A DNA stretch of 64,000 nucleotides. It comes from an uncultured Gemmatimonadales bacterium. GTDB lineage: Bacteria > Gemmatimonadota > Gemmatimonadetes > Longimicrobiales > Longimicrobiaceae. A program made the position numbers and the translations under genes. Where the stretch lies: assembly GCA_963716255.1 (NCBI GenBank), contig OY970303.1, positions 192,001 through 256,000 of the forward strand, read 5' to 3'. Of the stretch, positions 42,722 through 52,813 are shown piece after piece. Numbering within the stretch: position 1 is the first letter of the stretch; every line of letters begins with the position of its first letter. Under the pieces are notes generated by a model. It did no database searches and had not been told where the DNA came from. It saw nothing but the letters and a program-made list of their open reading frames with translations.

Positions 42722-42846
42722 GGCTGCCGCCCGAGAGTGCCGCTGGTGGATTGCCGTCGCGAGCCGAATGTGATAACCTCCCGTCTCCCGGCGGGCAAGA
42801 GACCGGCCCGTCCGGGCCGCCCCGTTCCCAGACCGCCACGGCCCGA

Positions 42847-43464
42847 GTGCACGACCCCCGGCTGCAGCTCATCCGCGACGCGCTCGCCCGCCGCCCGGGG
42901 CACCGCGCCGGGGACGCCCCGGGGACGCCGCGCGCCTCGGTGGCACTCGTGTTGCGGCCCGCACACGCGGGGCTGGAGCTGCTGCTCATCAAGCGCGCCG
43001 AGCGGGAGGGCGACCCCTGGTCCGGTCACATGGCCCTCCCCGGCGGGCGGAGCGACCCGGGAGACCCGGACGAGGAGGCGACCGCCGTGCGGGAAACGCT
43101 CGAGGAGGTGGGAATCGACCTCGCCGGGCGGGGAGTCGCGCTGGGGTCGCTGGACGACCTGGTCCCCCGCGGGGGAGCCCCGCGGATCGTGGTCTCGCCC
43201 TTCGTGTTCGGCGCCCCCACGGGGACCGTCGCCACCCCCAACCTCGAGGTCGATGCCGCCGTGTGGATCCCGCTGCGCGAGCTCGCGCACCCGGACGCCG
43301 CCACCGAGTTCCTGCTGGAGGCGGTGACCGGCGAGGGCTCGCCGCCGCGCCGCTTCCCCGCCATCGGGACGCGCGGCTACGTGATCTGGGGGATGACGCA
43401 CCGCATCCTGGACGACTTCCTCGCCCTGGCGCTGCCGCTGGTGGAGCCCGGGGGCGCGGAATGA
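42847..43464 (+). CDS. NUDIX CoA pyrophosphatase
   Basis: SGHMALPGG, RETLEEVG, IWGMT. Confidence 0.88.
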   Translation: MHDPRLQLIRDALARRPGHRAGDAPGTPRASVALVLRPAHAGLELLLIKRAEREGDPWSGHMALPGGRSDPGDPDEEATAVRETLEEVGIDLAGRGVALGSLDDLVPRGGAPRIVVSPFVFGAPTGTVATPNLEVDAAVWIPLRELAHPDAATEFLLEAVTGEGSPPRRFPAIGTRGYVIWGMTHRILDDFLALALPLVEPGGAE

Positions 43465-44360
43465 GCGCCCCGCGCGCGCTGGTGCTGGGGTGCGGGTACG
43501 TGGGCCGGCGCCTGGCCCGCGCCCTGGCCGCTCGCGGCATGGAAGTGGTGGGAACCACCCGCAGCCCCGCGCGGGCCGCCGAGGTCGCCGCCGCCGGCGC
43601 GCGCCCCGTCCTCGCCGACGTGATGCGCCCGGAGACGCTGGCCCCGCTCGTGGAGTGGCGGCCTGCGGTGGTGTTCGACCTGGTGCGCCCCCAGGTCGCC
43701 GGCGAGGACGCCTACAGCGTGGAGGGGACGAGCAGCGTGGCGCGGGCCTTCGCCGGCGCCCCGCCCGGCGCGCTGGTGTACGTGAGCAGCACCTCCGTGT
43801 ACGGCCGGCGCGGGGGAGAGTGGACCGACGAAGCCACCCCCGTGAACCCTTCGTCGGCGGTGGGCGGCGCGCGCGTGGAGGCCGAGCAGGTGTACCTGGA
43901 CGCCTGGCGCGGGCGGGGGCTCCCGGTCCGCATCTGCCGCGTGCCGGGGATCTACGGACCCGGGCGGACGCTGCGCGAGCGGCTGGAGCGCGGCGCGTAC
44001 CGCCGGCTGGGCGACGAGGACCACTGGGTGTCGCGCATCCACGTGGACGACCTGGTGGAGGGGCTGATCGCCGCCTGGGAGCGGGGCCGCCCCGGCGAGA
44101 CCTATCTGCTGTGCGACGACGAGCCGGTCACCGGCGCCGAGTACGCCGAGCTGACCGCCGAGCTGCTCGCGCTCCCGCTGCCTCCCGCGGTGTCGCGCGC
44201 CGACATCCGCGAGGAGCTGTCCGGGAGCGCCTTCGAGCGCCGCATCGGGTCGCGGCGGTGCTCCAACCGGCGGATGCGCGACGAGCTGGGGGTGGTTCCC
44301 CGCTACCCCTCCGTCCGCGAGGGCGTCCCCGCCGCCCTGCGCGAGGAAGGAGCCCTGTAG
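43461..44360 (+). CDS. NAD-dependent epimerase/SDR (YeeZ-like)
   Basis: GCGYVG, SSTSVYG, GIYGPGR, SRIHVDD. Confidence 0.88.
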   Translation: MSAPRALVLGCGYVGRRLARALAARGMEVVGTTRSPARAAEVAAAGARPVLADVMRPETLAPLVEWRPAVVFDLVRPQVAGEDAYSVEGTSSVARAFAGAPPGALVYVSSTSVYGRRGGEWTDEATPVNPSSAVGGARVEAEQVYLDAWRGRGLPVRICRVPGIYGPGRTLRERLERGAYRRLGDEDHWVSRIHVDDLVEGLIAAWERGRPGETYLLCDDEPVTGAEYAELTAELLALPLPPAVSRADIREELSGSAFERRIGSRRCSNRRMRDELGVVPRYPSVREGVPAALREEGAL

Positions 44361-44364
44361 ACCC

Positions 44365-44577
44365 ATGGCGAGCGAGCGGTTCACGCTGTCCCTGACCCCG
44401 CGCCAGGCGGAGGCGCTGCGCGCCCTCGCGGCGCTGGAAGAGCTTCCGCCGGAGGTGTACGCCGCGGAAGTGCTGGTGAAGCACCTGTACCACGCCTACA
44501 CCCCGGAGGTCGCCCGCCGCGCGGCGCAGGCGTCCGCAGCCTCCACGACTCCCGAGGACGGCGCGGGGGCACGCTAG
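44365..44577 (+). CDS. Small hypothetical protein
   Basis: Fills the operon gap; RHH-like N-terminus. Confidence 0.55.
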   Translation: MASERFTLSLTPRQAEALRALAALEELPPEVYAAEVLVKHLYHAYTPEVARRAAQASAASTTPEDGAGAR

Positions 44578-44626
44578 CCCCCGCCGGCCGGTTCGGCCCG
44601 GGACCCCGATACCCGATCCACACCGC

Positions 44627-45700
44627 ATGGAAGACAGCTCATTCGAGTTCCTCAAGCGCCTCCTGGACGCCCCGGGCCCCTCCGGCTTCGAGGTGGTGCC
44701 CGCGCGCATCTGGCGCGAAGAGGCGGAGCGGATCACCGGCCGCGTGGAGGCCGACGTCGCCGGCAACTCCGCGGCGACGCTGAACCCCGGGGGCACCCCC
44801 CACGTGATGCTGGCCGGCCACATCGACGAGATCGGGCTGATGGTCACGCACGTGGACGACGACGGCTTCCTGTACTTCGACGGGATCGGCGGGTGGGACC
44901 CGCAGGTCCTGGTGGCGCAGCGCATCCGCGTGCTCACGCGCCGCGGCGAGGTGATCGGGGTCGTCGGCAAGAAGCCCATCCACCTCCTCAAGGGCGAGGA
45001 GAAGGAGAAGGCGGCGAAGATCTCCGACCTGTGGATCGACGTGGGCGCCCGCAGCCTGGCCGAGGCGACCGAGCGGGGAATCCGCGTGGGCGACCCCGCG
45101 GTGGTGGACGCGCGCCTGGTGGAGCTGGGCAACGGGCTGATCGCCTCGCGCTCCGTCGACAACCGCATCGGAGCCTTCATCGTGCTGGAAGCGCTCCGCC
45201 TCCTCCAGGGCGGACCCGCCTTCGCGGCGCAGGTGACCGCCGCGGCCACCACCCAGGAGGAGATCGGCTTCAGCGGCGGCGGGGCGCGCGTCTCGGCGTA
45301 CACGCTGGACCCTCAGGTGGCGCTGGTGGTGGACGTGTCCTTCGCCACCGACTGCCCGGGGATGGAAAAGAAGGAGATCGGCTCGCACCGGCTGGGGGGC
45401 GGTCCCATCCTGGCGCGCGGCTCCGCCATCCACCCGCTGGTGTTCGAGCGCCTTGCCGAGACGGCCGAGGCGGAGGGGATCCCCTACACCATGCAGGCGA
45501 ACCCCAGGCACACCGCCACCGACGCCGACGGCATCTTCCTGTCGCGCGCGGGCGTCGCCACGGGGGTGGTCTCCATCCCCAACCGGTACATGCACTCTCC
45601 GAATGAGATCGTGGCGCTGGACGACCTGACCGCCGCCGCCCGCCTGATCGCCGCGTTCTGCCGCGGCCTGCGGGGCGGGGACGAGTTCGTCCCGCGCTGA
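44627..45700 (+). CDS. M42 family aminopeptidase
   Basis: GHIDEIG, DNRIG, QEEIG, RYMHSP. Confidence 0.92.
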   Translation: MEDSSFEFLKRLLDAPGPSGFEVVPARIWREEAERITGRVEADVAGNSAATLNPGGTPHVMLAGHIDEIGLMVTHVDDDGFLYFDGIGGWDPQVLVAQRIRVLTRRGEVIGVVGKKPIHLLKGEEKEKAAKISDLWIDVGARSLAEATERGIRVGDPAVVDARLVELGNGLIASRSVDNRIGAFIVLEALRLLQGGPAFAAQVTAAATTQEEIGFSGGGARVSAYTLDPQVALVVDVSFATDCPGMEKKEIGSHRLGGGPILARGSAIHPLVFERLAETAEAEGIPYTMQANPRHTATDADGIFLSRAGVATGVVSIPNRYMHSPNEIVALDDLTAAARLIAAFCRGLRGGDEFVPR

Positions 45701-45719
45701 CGCGTCCGGGGAAAGCCGC

Positions 45720-46205
45720 GTGTACACCGTGGACGAGATCACCATGCGTGCCCCCGTGGAAGCGTGCTTCCGCGCCGGGGCCGACGTGGAGCGCTGGCCC
45801 GAGTGGCTCCCGCACTACCGCTGGGTGCGCTTCCAGCGCAGGGACGGGTTCGCCACCGGGCGCGTGGAGATGGCCGCCCGCCGCGACTTCGGGCCGCTCC
45901 CCTACCCCGTCTGGTGGGTGTCGGAGATGCACGTGGACGAGGCCCGTCCCGCGGTGATCTACCGCCACGTGGACGGCGTCACCACCGGGATGGACGTGGA
46001 GTGGACCTTCGAGGACCGCGGCGACGGCACCACGCACGTCCGCATCGTCCACGCCTGGGACACCGGCCCGCGCTGGCCCCTCCCCGGCCCGATGCGCCGC
46101 GCGATCGGCAGCGCCGTGATCGGCCCCGTGTTCATCCACCACGTGGCCAGCCGGACGCTGGCGGGGATCCGGAGGGCGGCCGAAGGCGGAGTGATCCCTG
46201 TGTAG
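45720..46205 (+). CDS. SRPBCC/START polyketide cyclase-like protein
   Basis: DVERWPEWLPHY, GMDVEW. Confidence 0.8.
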   Translation: MYTVDEITMRAPVEACFRAGADVERWPEWLPHYRWVRFQRRDGFATGRVEMAARRDFGPLPYPVWWVSEMHVDEARPAVIYRHVDGVTTGMDVEWTFEDRGDGTTHVRIVHAWDTGPRWPLPGPMRRAIGSAVIGPVFIHHVASRTLAGIRRAAEGGVIPV

Positions 46206-46315
46206 GGATCTGCAGCCCCCGTTCTTGCGGGAACGTAGTCGAGACTCGTCGGTACCGATGCCGGCGAGTCTTCCGTTTTTTCCGGACACACGGCGAGCAA
46301 GGACGCAGGGAGCGC

Positions 46316-47590
46316 ATGAGGGGCACCACCCGGGATCCTTTGGACGAGAACACCCCCCGCCGCGTGGTGGTGACGGGGATCGGCTGCATCACCCCCATCG
46401 GGACGGGCGTGGAGGGGCTGTGGGACGGGCTGCAGCGGCGCGAGTCCGCGGTGCGCCGCATCTCGCGCTTCGACCCCTCGCCCTTCCGCTCGCACATCGC
46501 CGCGCAGGTGGACGACTTCGAGCCCACCGACTACATGGACCGCAGCCGGGCGCGGCGCATGGAGCGCTACGCCCAGTTCTCCGTGGCCTCCGCGCGGATG
46601 GCGTTGGCGGACGCGGCGCTCGATCCCGCCTCGGTGGACCCGGACCGCGTGGGCGTGCAGATGGGGAGCGCGCTGGGCGGGGTGGCGTACGGCGAGGGGC
46701 AGTTCAACTCGTACCTCACCCACGGCGTGCGCGGCGTGGACCCCATGCTCGCCCTGGCCGTGTTCAACGGCTCGGCCTCGTGCAACGTGGCCATCGAGTT
46801 CGGCTTCACGGGTCCCAACTCCACCAACGGGATGAGCTGCGCCTCCGGCGCCATCGCCATCGGCGACGGGTGGCGGCTGATCCGCGAGGGCGAGGCGGAC
46901 GTGGTGGTCTCCGGCGGCGTGGAGGCCCCCCTGGCGCCGCTGTGCTACGGCGCCTTCGCCATCATCCGCGCCATGTCCACCCGCAACGACGACCCGGAGC
47001 ACGCCTCGCGCCCCTTCGACGCCGGCCGCGACGGGTTCGTGATGGGCGAGGGCGCCGCCACGCTGGTGCTGGAGGAGCTGGAGCACGCGCGCCGCCGCGG
47101 GGCCCGCATCTACGGCGAGGTGCTGGGCTACGGCACCTCCAACGACGCCCACCACATGACCGCCCCGCGCCCCGACGGGAGCCAGGCGGCACGCGCCATG
47201 CGGTCGGCGATGCGGACCGGCGGGATCCGGCCGGAAGAGGTGGACTACGTCAACGCGCATGCCTCGTCCACGCCGCTGAACGACTCCACCGAGAGCCGGG
47301 TCATCCGCGAGGTGATGGGGGAGCACGCCGACCGGGTGGTGGTGAGCGGGACCAAGGGGTACCACGCCCACTGCCTGGGGGCCACCGGCGCGATCGAGGC
47401 GGCCATCTCCATGCTGACCCTCCAGCGGGGGTGGATCCCGCCCACGCTCAACCTGGAGAGCCCGGGCGAAGGGTGCGACCTGAGCTACGTGACCGGCGAG
47501 GGCGCCTGCGTCCCGGTGCGGCGCGCGGTGTCCAACTCCTTCGGGTTCGGGGGGATCAACGCGGCGCTCGCGTTCGGGAGCCTGTCGTAG
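46316..47590 (+). CDS. fabF: Beta-ketoacyl-ACP synthase II-like
   Basis: SCASG, DGFVMGEG, NAHASST, HCLGA, NSFGFGG. Confidence 0.88.
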   Translation: MRGTTRDPLDENTPRRVVVTGIGCITPIGTGVEGLWDGLQRRESAVRRISRFDPSPFRSHIAAQVDDFEPTDYMDRSRARRMERYAQFSVASARMALADAALDPASVDPDRVGVQMGSALGGVAYGEGQFNSYLTHGVRGVDPMLALAVFNGSASCNVAIEFGFTGPNSTNGMSCASGAIAIGDGWRLIREGEADVVVSGGVEAPLAPLCYGAFAIIRAMSTRNDDPEHASRPFDAGRDGFVMGEGAATLVLEELEHARRRGARIYGEVLGYGTSNDAHHMTAPRPDGSQAARAMRSAMRTGGIRPEEVDYVNAHASSTPLNDSTESRVIREVMGEHADRVVVSGTKGYHAHCLGATGAIEAAISMLTLQRGWIPPTLNLESPGEGCDLSYVTGEGACVPVRRAVSNSFGFGGINAALAFGSLS

Positions 47591-47682
47591 CACGCCGGGG
47601 CGTTCCCGATCGGGAACATAGGCGTTACATTGGGGTGACAGAGGGACCGTCCACGACCGGCGACGAACCGGGCACAAAAAGT

Positions 47683-47711
47683 TTGACTTTCAAGGGGGAG
47701 CGGCTTACATT
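47683..47711 (+). promoter_or_regulatory. Sigma-70 promoter of the sigma factor gene
   Basis: TTGACT-17 bp-TACATT with an upstream A-tract. Confidence 0.65.
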
Positions 47712-47834
47712 GCTCGGTTATGAATTTGTCTTTTCTAGGACAAGACGCCGGCACCGGTTGATCTGAGAGCAGAGGGCCTCGCACGCCAACGAGGCTCCTG
47801 CTCTCATCTTTTTTTCCCTGGATGAGCCGAACCC

Positions 47835-48695
47835 ATGTTCCTGAGCTCCCGAGCGCTTGACTCCTTCGACCAGTACCTGCACGACGTCGAGAAGTACCCG
47901 CTGATCGACGATCCCGCCGAGGAGCGGGCGCTCGCCCGCAAGGCCAGGGCGGGCGACAAGGAGTCGGCGGAGCGCCTGGTGACCGCCAACCTGCGCTTCG
48001 TGATCTCCTACGTGAAGAAGTACCAGGGCCGCGGCCTGGGGCTGGCGGAGCTGGTCTGCATCGGCAACGAGGGCCTCCTCAAGGCGGTCAAGAAGTTCGA
48101 TCCCGACAAGGGGGTGAAGTTCATCTCCTACGCCGTGTGGTGGATCCGCCAGACGGTGCTCCAGGCGCTCGCCGAGCAGACGCGCTCGGTGCGCATCCCG
48201 CTGAACCAGAACTCCAACCTGGTTCGCCTGTCCCGGGTGGACACGGCGCTGACGCAGTCGCTCGGCCGCTCGCCCACGGACGAGGAGATCGCCAACGAGA
48301 TGGGCGAGCCGGTGGACACCATCCGCGCCCTGCGCCGGGTGGCCGCCAGCGAGCTCTCGCTGGACGCCCCGCTGGACCGCGGCGACCGCGACTCGGCTTC
48401 CTTCGGGGAGCGCTTCGCCGGCGCCGAGGCGGACGAGATCGAGGAGGAGGTGGAGTCGCAGGCGCGCCGCGAGTTCCTGGAGCGCATGTTCGAGAAGTAC
48501 CTCACCGAGCGCGAGCGGAAGATCCTCTACCTCTACTACGGCCTGGACGAGGGCGAGGAGCGGACGCTGGAGGAGATCGGGTCGCTGCTCGGCGTCACCC
48601 GCGAGCGGATCCGCCAGATCCGCAACCGGGCCTTCGAGAAGCTCCGCGAGAGCCCGGACGGGTCGGCGCTCGAAGGGTTCTGGGCCGTGTCCTGA
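47835..48695 (+). CDS. RpoD/RpoS-like sigma-70 factor lacking region 1.1
   Basis: ANLRFV, SYAVWWIRQ, TLEEIG..TRERIRQI. Confidence 0.9.
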   Translation: MFLSSRALDSFDQYLHDVEKYPLIDDPAEERALARKARAGDKESAERLVTANLRFVISYVKKYQGRGLGLAELVCIGNEGLLKAVKKFDPDKGVKFISYAVWWIRQTVLQALAEQTRSVRIPLNQNSNLVRLSRVDTALTQSLGRSPTDEEIANEMGEPVDTIRALRRVAASELSLDAPLDRGDRDSASFGERFAGAEADEIEEEVESQARREFLERMFEKYLTERERKILYLYYGLDEGEERTLEEIGSLLGVTRERIRQIRNRAFEKLRESPDGSALEGFWAVS

Positions 48696-48726
48696 GCCGT
48701 CGTCGTCGAAGCCGCTCGGAAATGCC

Positions 48727-48764
48727 GAAGAGGGAGGGACCCGCCGCGGGTCCCTCCCTCTTTC
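48727..48764 (+). terminator. Intrinsic terminator
   Basis: AGAGGGAGGGACCCG..CGGGTCCCTCCCTCTTT. Confidence 0.8.
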
Positions 48765-48859
48765 GTCGCCCCCGGTACGGAGGGTGGCGGCCTCCCCCGC
48801 CGCCGCGGTAAGATGTGGCTCCCCTTTCCCCGGTCACCCGCCGCACGGTCGCACAGCGC

Positions 48860-50110
48860 ATGTCACAGTCGTTCGCGGAATCCGTCCGCTCCCACTTCCC
48901 GGTATTCGAGCGCCGCTTCGACGGCCGGCCGCTGGCCTTCTTCGACGGTCCCGGCGGGAGCCAGGTGCCCAGGCAGGTGGCGGACGCCGTGGCCGGGACG
49001 CTGCTCCTTCACAACGCCAACGTGCACGGGTCCTTTCCCACCAGCCGGGAGGTGGACGGGATCCTCGCGGCCGCGCGTGAGGCCGCCGTGGACTTCCTGG
49101 GCGCGGGCGGGGCGCGGGAGATCGCCTTCGGCGCCAACATGACCACGCTCGCCTTCGCCTTCGCCCGGTCGCTGAGCCGCGGCTGGGAGCCGGGCGACGA
49201 GGTGGTGGTCACCGACCTGGACCACCAGGCCAACGTCGCGCCCTGGCGCCGCGCCGCGGAGGACCGCGGCGTCGTGGTGCGCAGCGTCCCCTTCGACCCC
49301 GCGACCATGCAGCTCGACCTTGGCGCGCTGGAGGCGATGCTCGGGCCCCGCACTCGGCTGGTGGCGGTGGGCGCGGCCTCCAACGCCGTGGGCACCGTGA
49401 GCGACGTGGCGCGGGTGGCGGAGATGGCGCACCGGGTGGGCGCGCTGGTATTCGTGGACGCGGTCCACTACGCGCCGCACCGCCTGGTGGACGTGCGGGC
49501 GCTGGGGTGCGACTTCCTGGCCTGCTCCGCCTACAAGTTCTTCGGGCCGCACGTGGGGCTGCTCTGGGGAAAGCCGGAGCACATGGAGGCGCTGGTCCCG
49601 TACAAGGTGCCGCCCTGCGCCGACACCCTCCCCGACCGCTGGGAGACGGGGACGATGAACCACGAGGGGATGGCCGGGGTGGCGGCGGCGATCGACTGGA
49701 TCGCCTCGCTGGCGCCCGGGCCCGCGGCCTCCCGCCGCGAGGCGCTGCGCGCCGCCATGGAGCGCATCGAGGAGCACGAGACGCGCATCTTCGGCCTGCT
49801 CCTGGACGGGCTGGAGGCGATCCCCGGCGTGCGCGTCTTCGGACCGCCGCGGGGAGCGCCCCGCACCCCCACGGCCGGCTTCACCGTGCGCGGCGTGCAC
49901 GCGGACGAGGTGGCGCGCCGCCTGGGCGGCGAGGGCGTCTGCGCGTGGAGCGGGAACTTCTACGCGACCGGCGTCACGGAGGGGCTGGGGATCGTGCAGG
50001 GGGGCGGGCTGGTGCGCGCCGGGGTGGCGCCGTACTGCACGGAGGACGACGTGCGGCGGCTGCTGGAGGGGGTTTCTCGGATTGCAGACGACGGCGGGCG
50101 GGAGGGCTGA
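48860..50110 (+). CDS. Cysteine desulfurase-like protein (class V aminotransferase)
   Basis: DGPGGSQVP, DAVHYAPH, CSAYKFFGPH, ETGT. Confidence 0.9.
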   Translation: MSQSFAESVRSHFPVFERRFDGRPLAFFDGPGGSQVPRQVADAVAGTLLLHNANVHGSFPTSREVDGILAAAREAAVDFLGAGGAREIAFGANMTTLAFAFARSLSRGWEPGDEVVVTDLDHQANVAPWRRAAEDRGVVVRSVPFDPATMQLDLGALEAMLGPRTRLVAVGAASNAVGTVSDVARVAEMAHRVGALVFVDAVHYAPHRLVDVRALGCDFLACSAYKFFGPHVGLLWGKPEHMEALVPYKVPPCADTLPDRWETGTMNHEGMAGVAAAIDWIASLAPGPAASRREALRAAMERIEEHETRIFGLLLDGLEAIPGVRVFGPPRGAPRTPTAGFTVRGVHADEVARRLGGEGVCAWSGNFYATGVTEGLGIVQGGGLVRAGVAPYCTEDDVRRLLEGVSRIADDGGREG

Positions 50111-50122
50111 ACGGCTGGATCT

Positions 50123-50253
50123 GGGCGTGCCCCCGGCTGGCGCCGGGGTCGGGCTTCGGCTCCGTAACGCACGATAAAACTGTGCGTAACGGAGTCGAGC
50201 CCCTGCGAAACTGCCCGCGGGGTCTCGCCCCTTCGGGCCGAAATCCCTCACGC
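50123..50253 (+). repeat. Structured repeat family A, copy 8
   Basis: Direct match with variant stems. Confidence 0.9.
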
Positions 50254-50342
50254 GGGGCTCGCGCTGGCGTCCGCGGCTGCCCCCTCCCCCCGGCCCCCTC
50301 CCCCCTTGCGGGAGAGGGGGCCGGGGGGAGGGGGGTCGGCCG

Positions 50343-51272
50343 TTACCGGGACGGTGGGGTGCCGTACAGCAGCTTGCGGATCACACCGGCGACCAGCGGG
50401 GCCACGGTGGCGACGCGGACGGGGGACGCTTCCGAGGAAGGCGGCAGCGGCACGGTGTCCGTGACCAGGACCTCGGCCACGCCCTCGGCGGCGAGGCGGC
50501 CCAGCGCGTCCCTGAGGAGGAGGCCGTGGGTGGCCGCCACCCGGAACTCCGTGGCGCCGGCCTCGCGTAGCGCGCGGACGCTCTGCACCAGCGTCCCCCC
50601 CGTGGAGATGATGTCGTCCACCAGCAGGCAGGGGCGCCCCTCCACCTCGCCCACCAGCTGCGTCACCTCCGTCTCCGACCCGCTCTGCCGGCGCTTGTGC
50701 AGCACGGCGAGCGGGGCGTCCAGCTCCAGCGCGTACTCCGTGGCGAGCTTCACCCGCCCCGCATCCGGCGACACTACCACCGTCGCCGGGTCCAGCCGGC
50801 CGCGCAGGTCGTCCACGAGCGCGCCCACCGCCGAGAGCGTGTCCACGGGAATGGAAAAGAACCCCTCGATCTGGGGGGTGTGCAGGTCCACGGTGACCAC
50901 GTGGGCGATCCCCGCCGCCTGCATCAGCGCCGCCACCAGGCTGGCGGTGATGGGCTCGCGCCGCTGGTTGCGCCGGTCCGCCCGCGCATAGCCGAAGTAC
51001 GGCACCACCGCGGTGATGCGCCCCGCCGCCGAGCGCCGCGCCGCGTCGGCGAAGGCCAGCAGCTCCATCAGGTGGTCGTTCACCGGCGGGCAGGTGGACT
51101 GTACGATGAACACCTCCTTGCCCCGCACCGATTCCTCCAGCCGCACCGTCAGCTCTCCGTCCGGGAAGCGCTCCACCTCCGCCGCCCCGGTGGCGCCTCC
51201 CATCTCGCGCGTGACGGCGTCCGCCAGCCGCGGGTTCGCGGTGCCGCCGAAGACGACGAAGCCTGTGTTCAC
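50343..51272 (-). CDS. prs: Ribose-phosphate pyrophosphokinase
   Basis: FPDGE, YFGYARAD, DLH, SPDAG, VDDIISTGGT. Confidence 0.93.
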   Translation of the reverse strand: MNTGFVVFGGTANPRLADAVTREMGGATGAAEVERFPDGELTVRLEESVRGKEVFIVQSTCPPVNDHLMELLAFADAARRSAAGRITAVVPYFGYARADRRNQRREPITASLVAALMQAAGIAHVVTVDLHTPQIEGFFSIPVDTLSAVGALVDDLRGRLDPATVVVSPDAGRVKLATEYALELDAPLAVLHKRRQSGSETEVTQLVGEVEGRPCLLVDDIISTGGTLVQSVRALREAGATEFRVAATHGLLLRDALGRLAAEGVAEVLVTDTVPLPPSSEASPVRVATVAPLVAGVIRKLLYGTPPSR

Positions 51273-51321
51273 GAGTGTGCCGGGAGGGAGGTGATGAACG
51301 ACGGACTGAACGGGCGCGTTC

Positions 51322-51449
51322 GGGCGTGCCCCCGGCTGCGCCGGGGTCGGGCTTCGGCTCCGTAGCAGACGAAACAACCGTCTGCAACGGAGTCGAGCCC
51401 CGGCAAACTGCCGCCGGGTCTCGCCCCTTCGGGCCGAAATCCCTCACGC
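51322..51449 (+). repeat. Structured repeat family A, copy 9
   Basis: Direct match; same P4 as copy 5. Confidence 0.9.
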
Positions 51450-51616
51450 AGCATCGAGCCGCGTCCGCAGGGAGCAGGGACCGTGCCCGTCACCACGGCT
51501 CCCGGCCGGCCCGCACCCACGCCGGCGCCTGCCCTGAACGGCGAACGGCGCCCCGTGAAGGCGCCGTCCCGTACTGCGGTTCTACTTTCGCGCTCCCGCG
51601 CTCCCGCACTCCGCCG

Positions 51617-52258
51617 TCAGGCCGCCGCCACCTTGAGCCCGTCGGGGATGGGGCCGCCCTCGCGGCACCAGCGCACGAAGATCCGCTGGCACTCCAGCAG
51701 GTCGGGCGAGACCAGGTCCCAGCGCGAGGGCTCCAGGGGAATGCCGTGGAGCACCATCCCCGCCTCCTCCGGCGTGCGTCCGCCCTTGCGGTTGTTGCAC
51801 TGCAGGCAGGCCAGGGCCAGGTTCTCGTAGCGGTGCGACTCGCGCGGATGCCGGAACTTCCACCGGGGGACGATGTGGTCCATGGTGAAGAAGTTCCAGG
51901 GCTCCAGCTCGTCGGCCGTGCGCAGGCAGTACAGGCAGCGCCCGTTGTCGCGCTTGATGAGCGCCGGCAGGCTGGGCGTGCCCGTGGGAATGTTGTGCAG
52001 GTCGAATAGCGGGCTGTGCATCTTGCGCAGCGCCACCACCAGGGGCACGGCGAACTCCTCCCGGACGCTCCGCCACACCTTCATGTGGTCCGGGATCTCG
52101 CCGGTTCCCACCTCCAGCGCGCTCAGGACGACGTCCACCTTGCCCGCGCCGCCGCCCACGTCGTCGTCCTCGAAGAACAGCGAGAAGGCGCGCTCCACGG
52201 GGATCACCGCGCGCGGCTGGAAGTTGGCGTTGAGGAGGAGGGTGCGGATCTTTCTCAT
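51617..52258 (-). CDS. HNH endonuclease (McrA/COG1403-like with LLLNAxF N-terminal domain)
   Basis: RDNGRCLYC, DHIVPR, NLALACLQCNNRKG. Confidence 0.88.
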   Translation of the reverse strand: MRKIRTLLLNANFQPRAVIPVERAFSLFFEDDDVGGGAGKVDVVLSALEVGTGEIPDHMKVWRSVREEFAVPLVVALRKMHSPLFDLHNIPTGTPSLPALIKRDNGRCLYCLRTADELEPWNFFTMDHIVPRWKFRHPRESHRYENLALACLQCNNRKGGRTPEEAGMVLHGIPLEPSRWDLVSPDLLECQRIFVRWCREGGPIPDGLKVAAA

Positions 52259-52499
52259 CCCGCCCTCCCCCGGCCCCGCGGTTCACCGCCCCCCCCGTCC
52301 TCCACCCCACCCCGGCAGACCGGACCGAACGCCGGCATGCAGACAGACGGATCCGTCATACGCGAACGCCCTTTCGGTGGTTGTGAGCAGCTGCGCCTTC
52401 CGCACCGGCCGGATGCGGATGCCGCCCGTTCAAATGCCGTGCGAACCGGTGCGGGCCGCGCGAGCAGCCCGGCACGGTCCGGTCACGAGCCGGAACCAC

Positions 52500-52541
52500 G
52501 GAAAACACGAAGCCCACGCGCTCAGATGGCGCGTGGGCTTC
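52500..52541 (-). terminator. Intrinsic terminator or attenuator upstream of the HNH gene
   Basis: GAAGCCCACGCGC..GCGCGTGGGCTTC-GTGTTTT on the minus strand. Confidence 0.7.
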
Positions 52542-52745
52542 CGTTGTCGTCGCGTGGATGCGGGGCGCTACCCCTGGTGTCGCCGCTGGAGGCGACACCC
52601 GCCCCGGACCCCCTCTCGGGAGAGAGGGGCCCGCGGCCGGACCGTCGGCTGGTACTGTGGTAGGGGCTCGCCGGGACCATGTCCGCATCCTCGCGCGGTG
52701 AACCGGGCGTACGGCACCGGACATTTCTCCGGTGCTCCTTCTCTG

Positions 52746-52774
52746 AAGATATTGCGCGCCGCGAGATTGGTCAA
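52746..52774 (-). promoter_or_regulatory. Sigma-70 promoter
   Basis: TTGACC-17 bp-TATCTT on the minus strand. Confidence 0.65.
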
Positions 52775-52813
52775 ACCTCGGATGGAGGCCCTGCGCCGGA
52801 TGCGATCTCCAGA

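Noticed and set aside
52356..52724. 122-aa ORF through the HNH leader as a real protein
   Set aside because: Low-complexity sequence running through hairpins and a terminator; at most a regulatory leader
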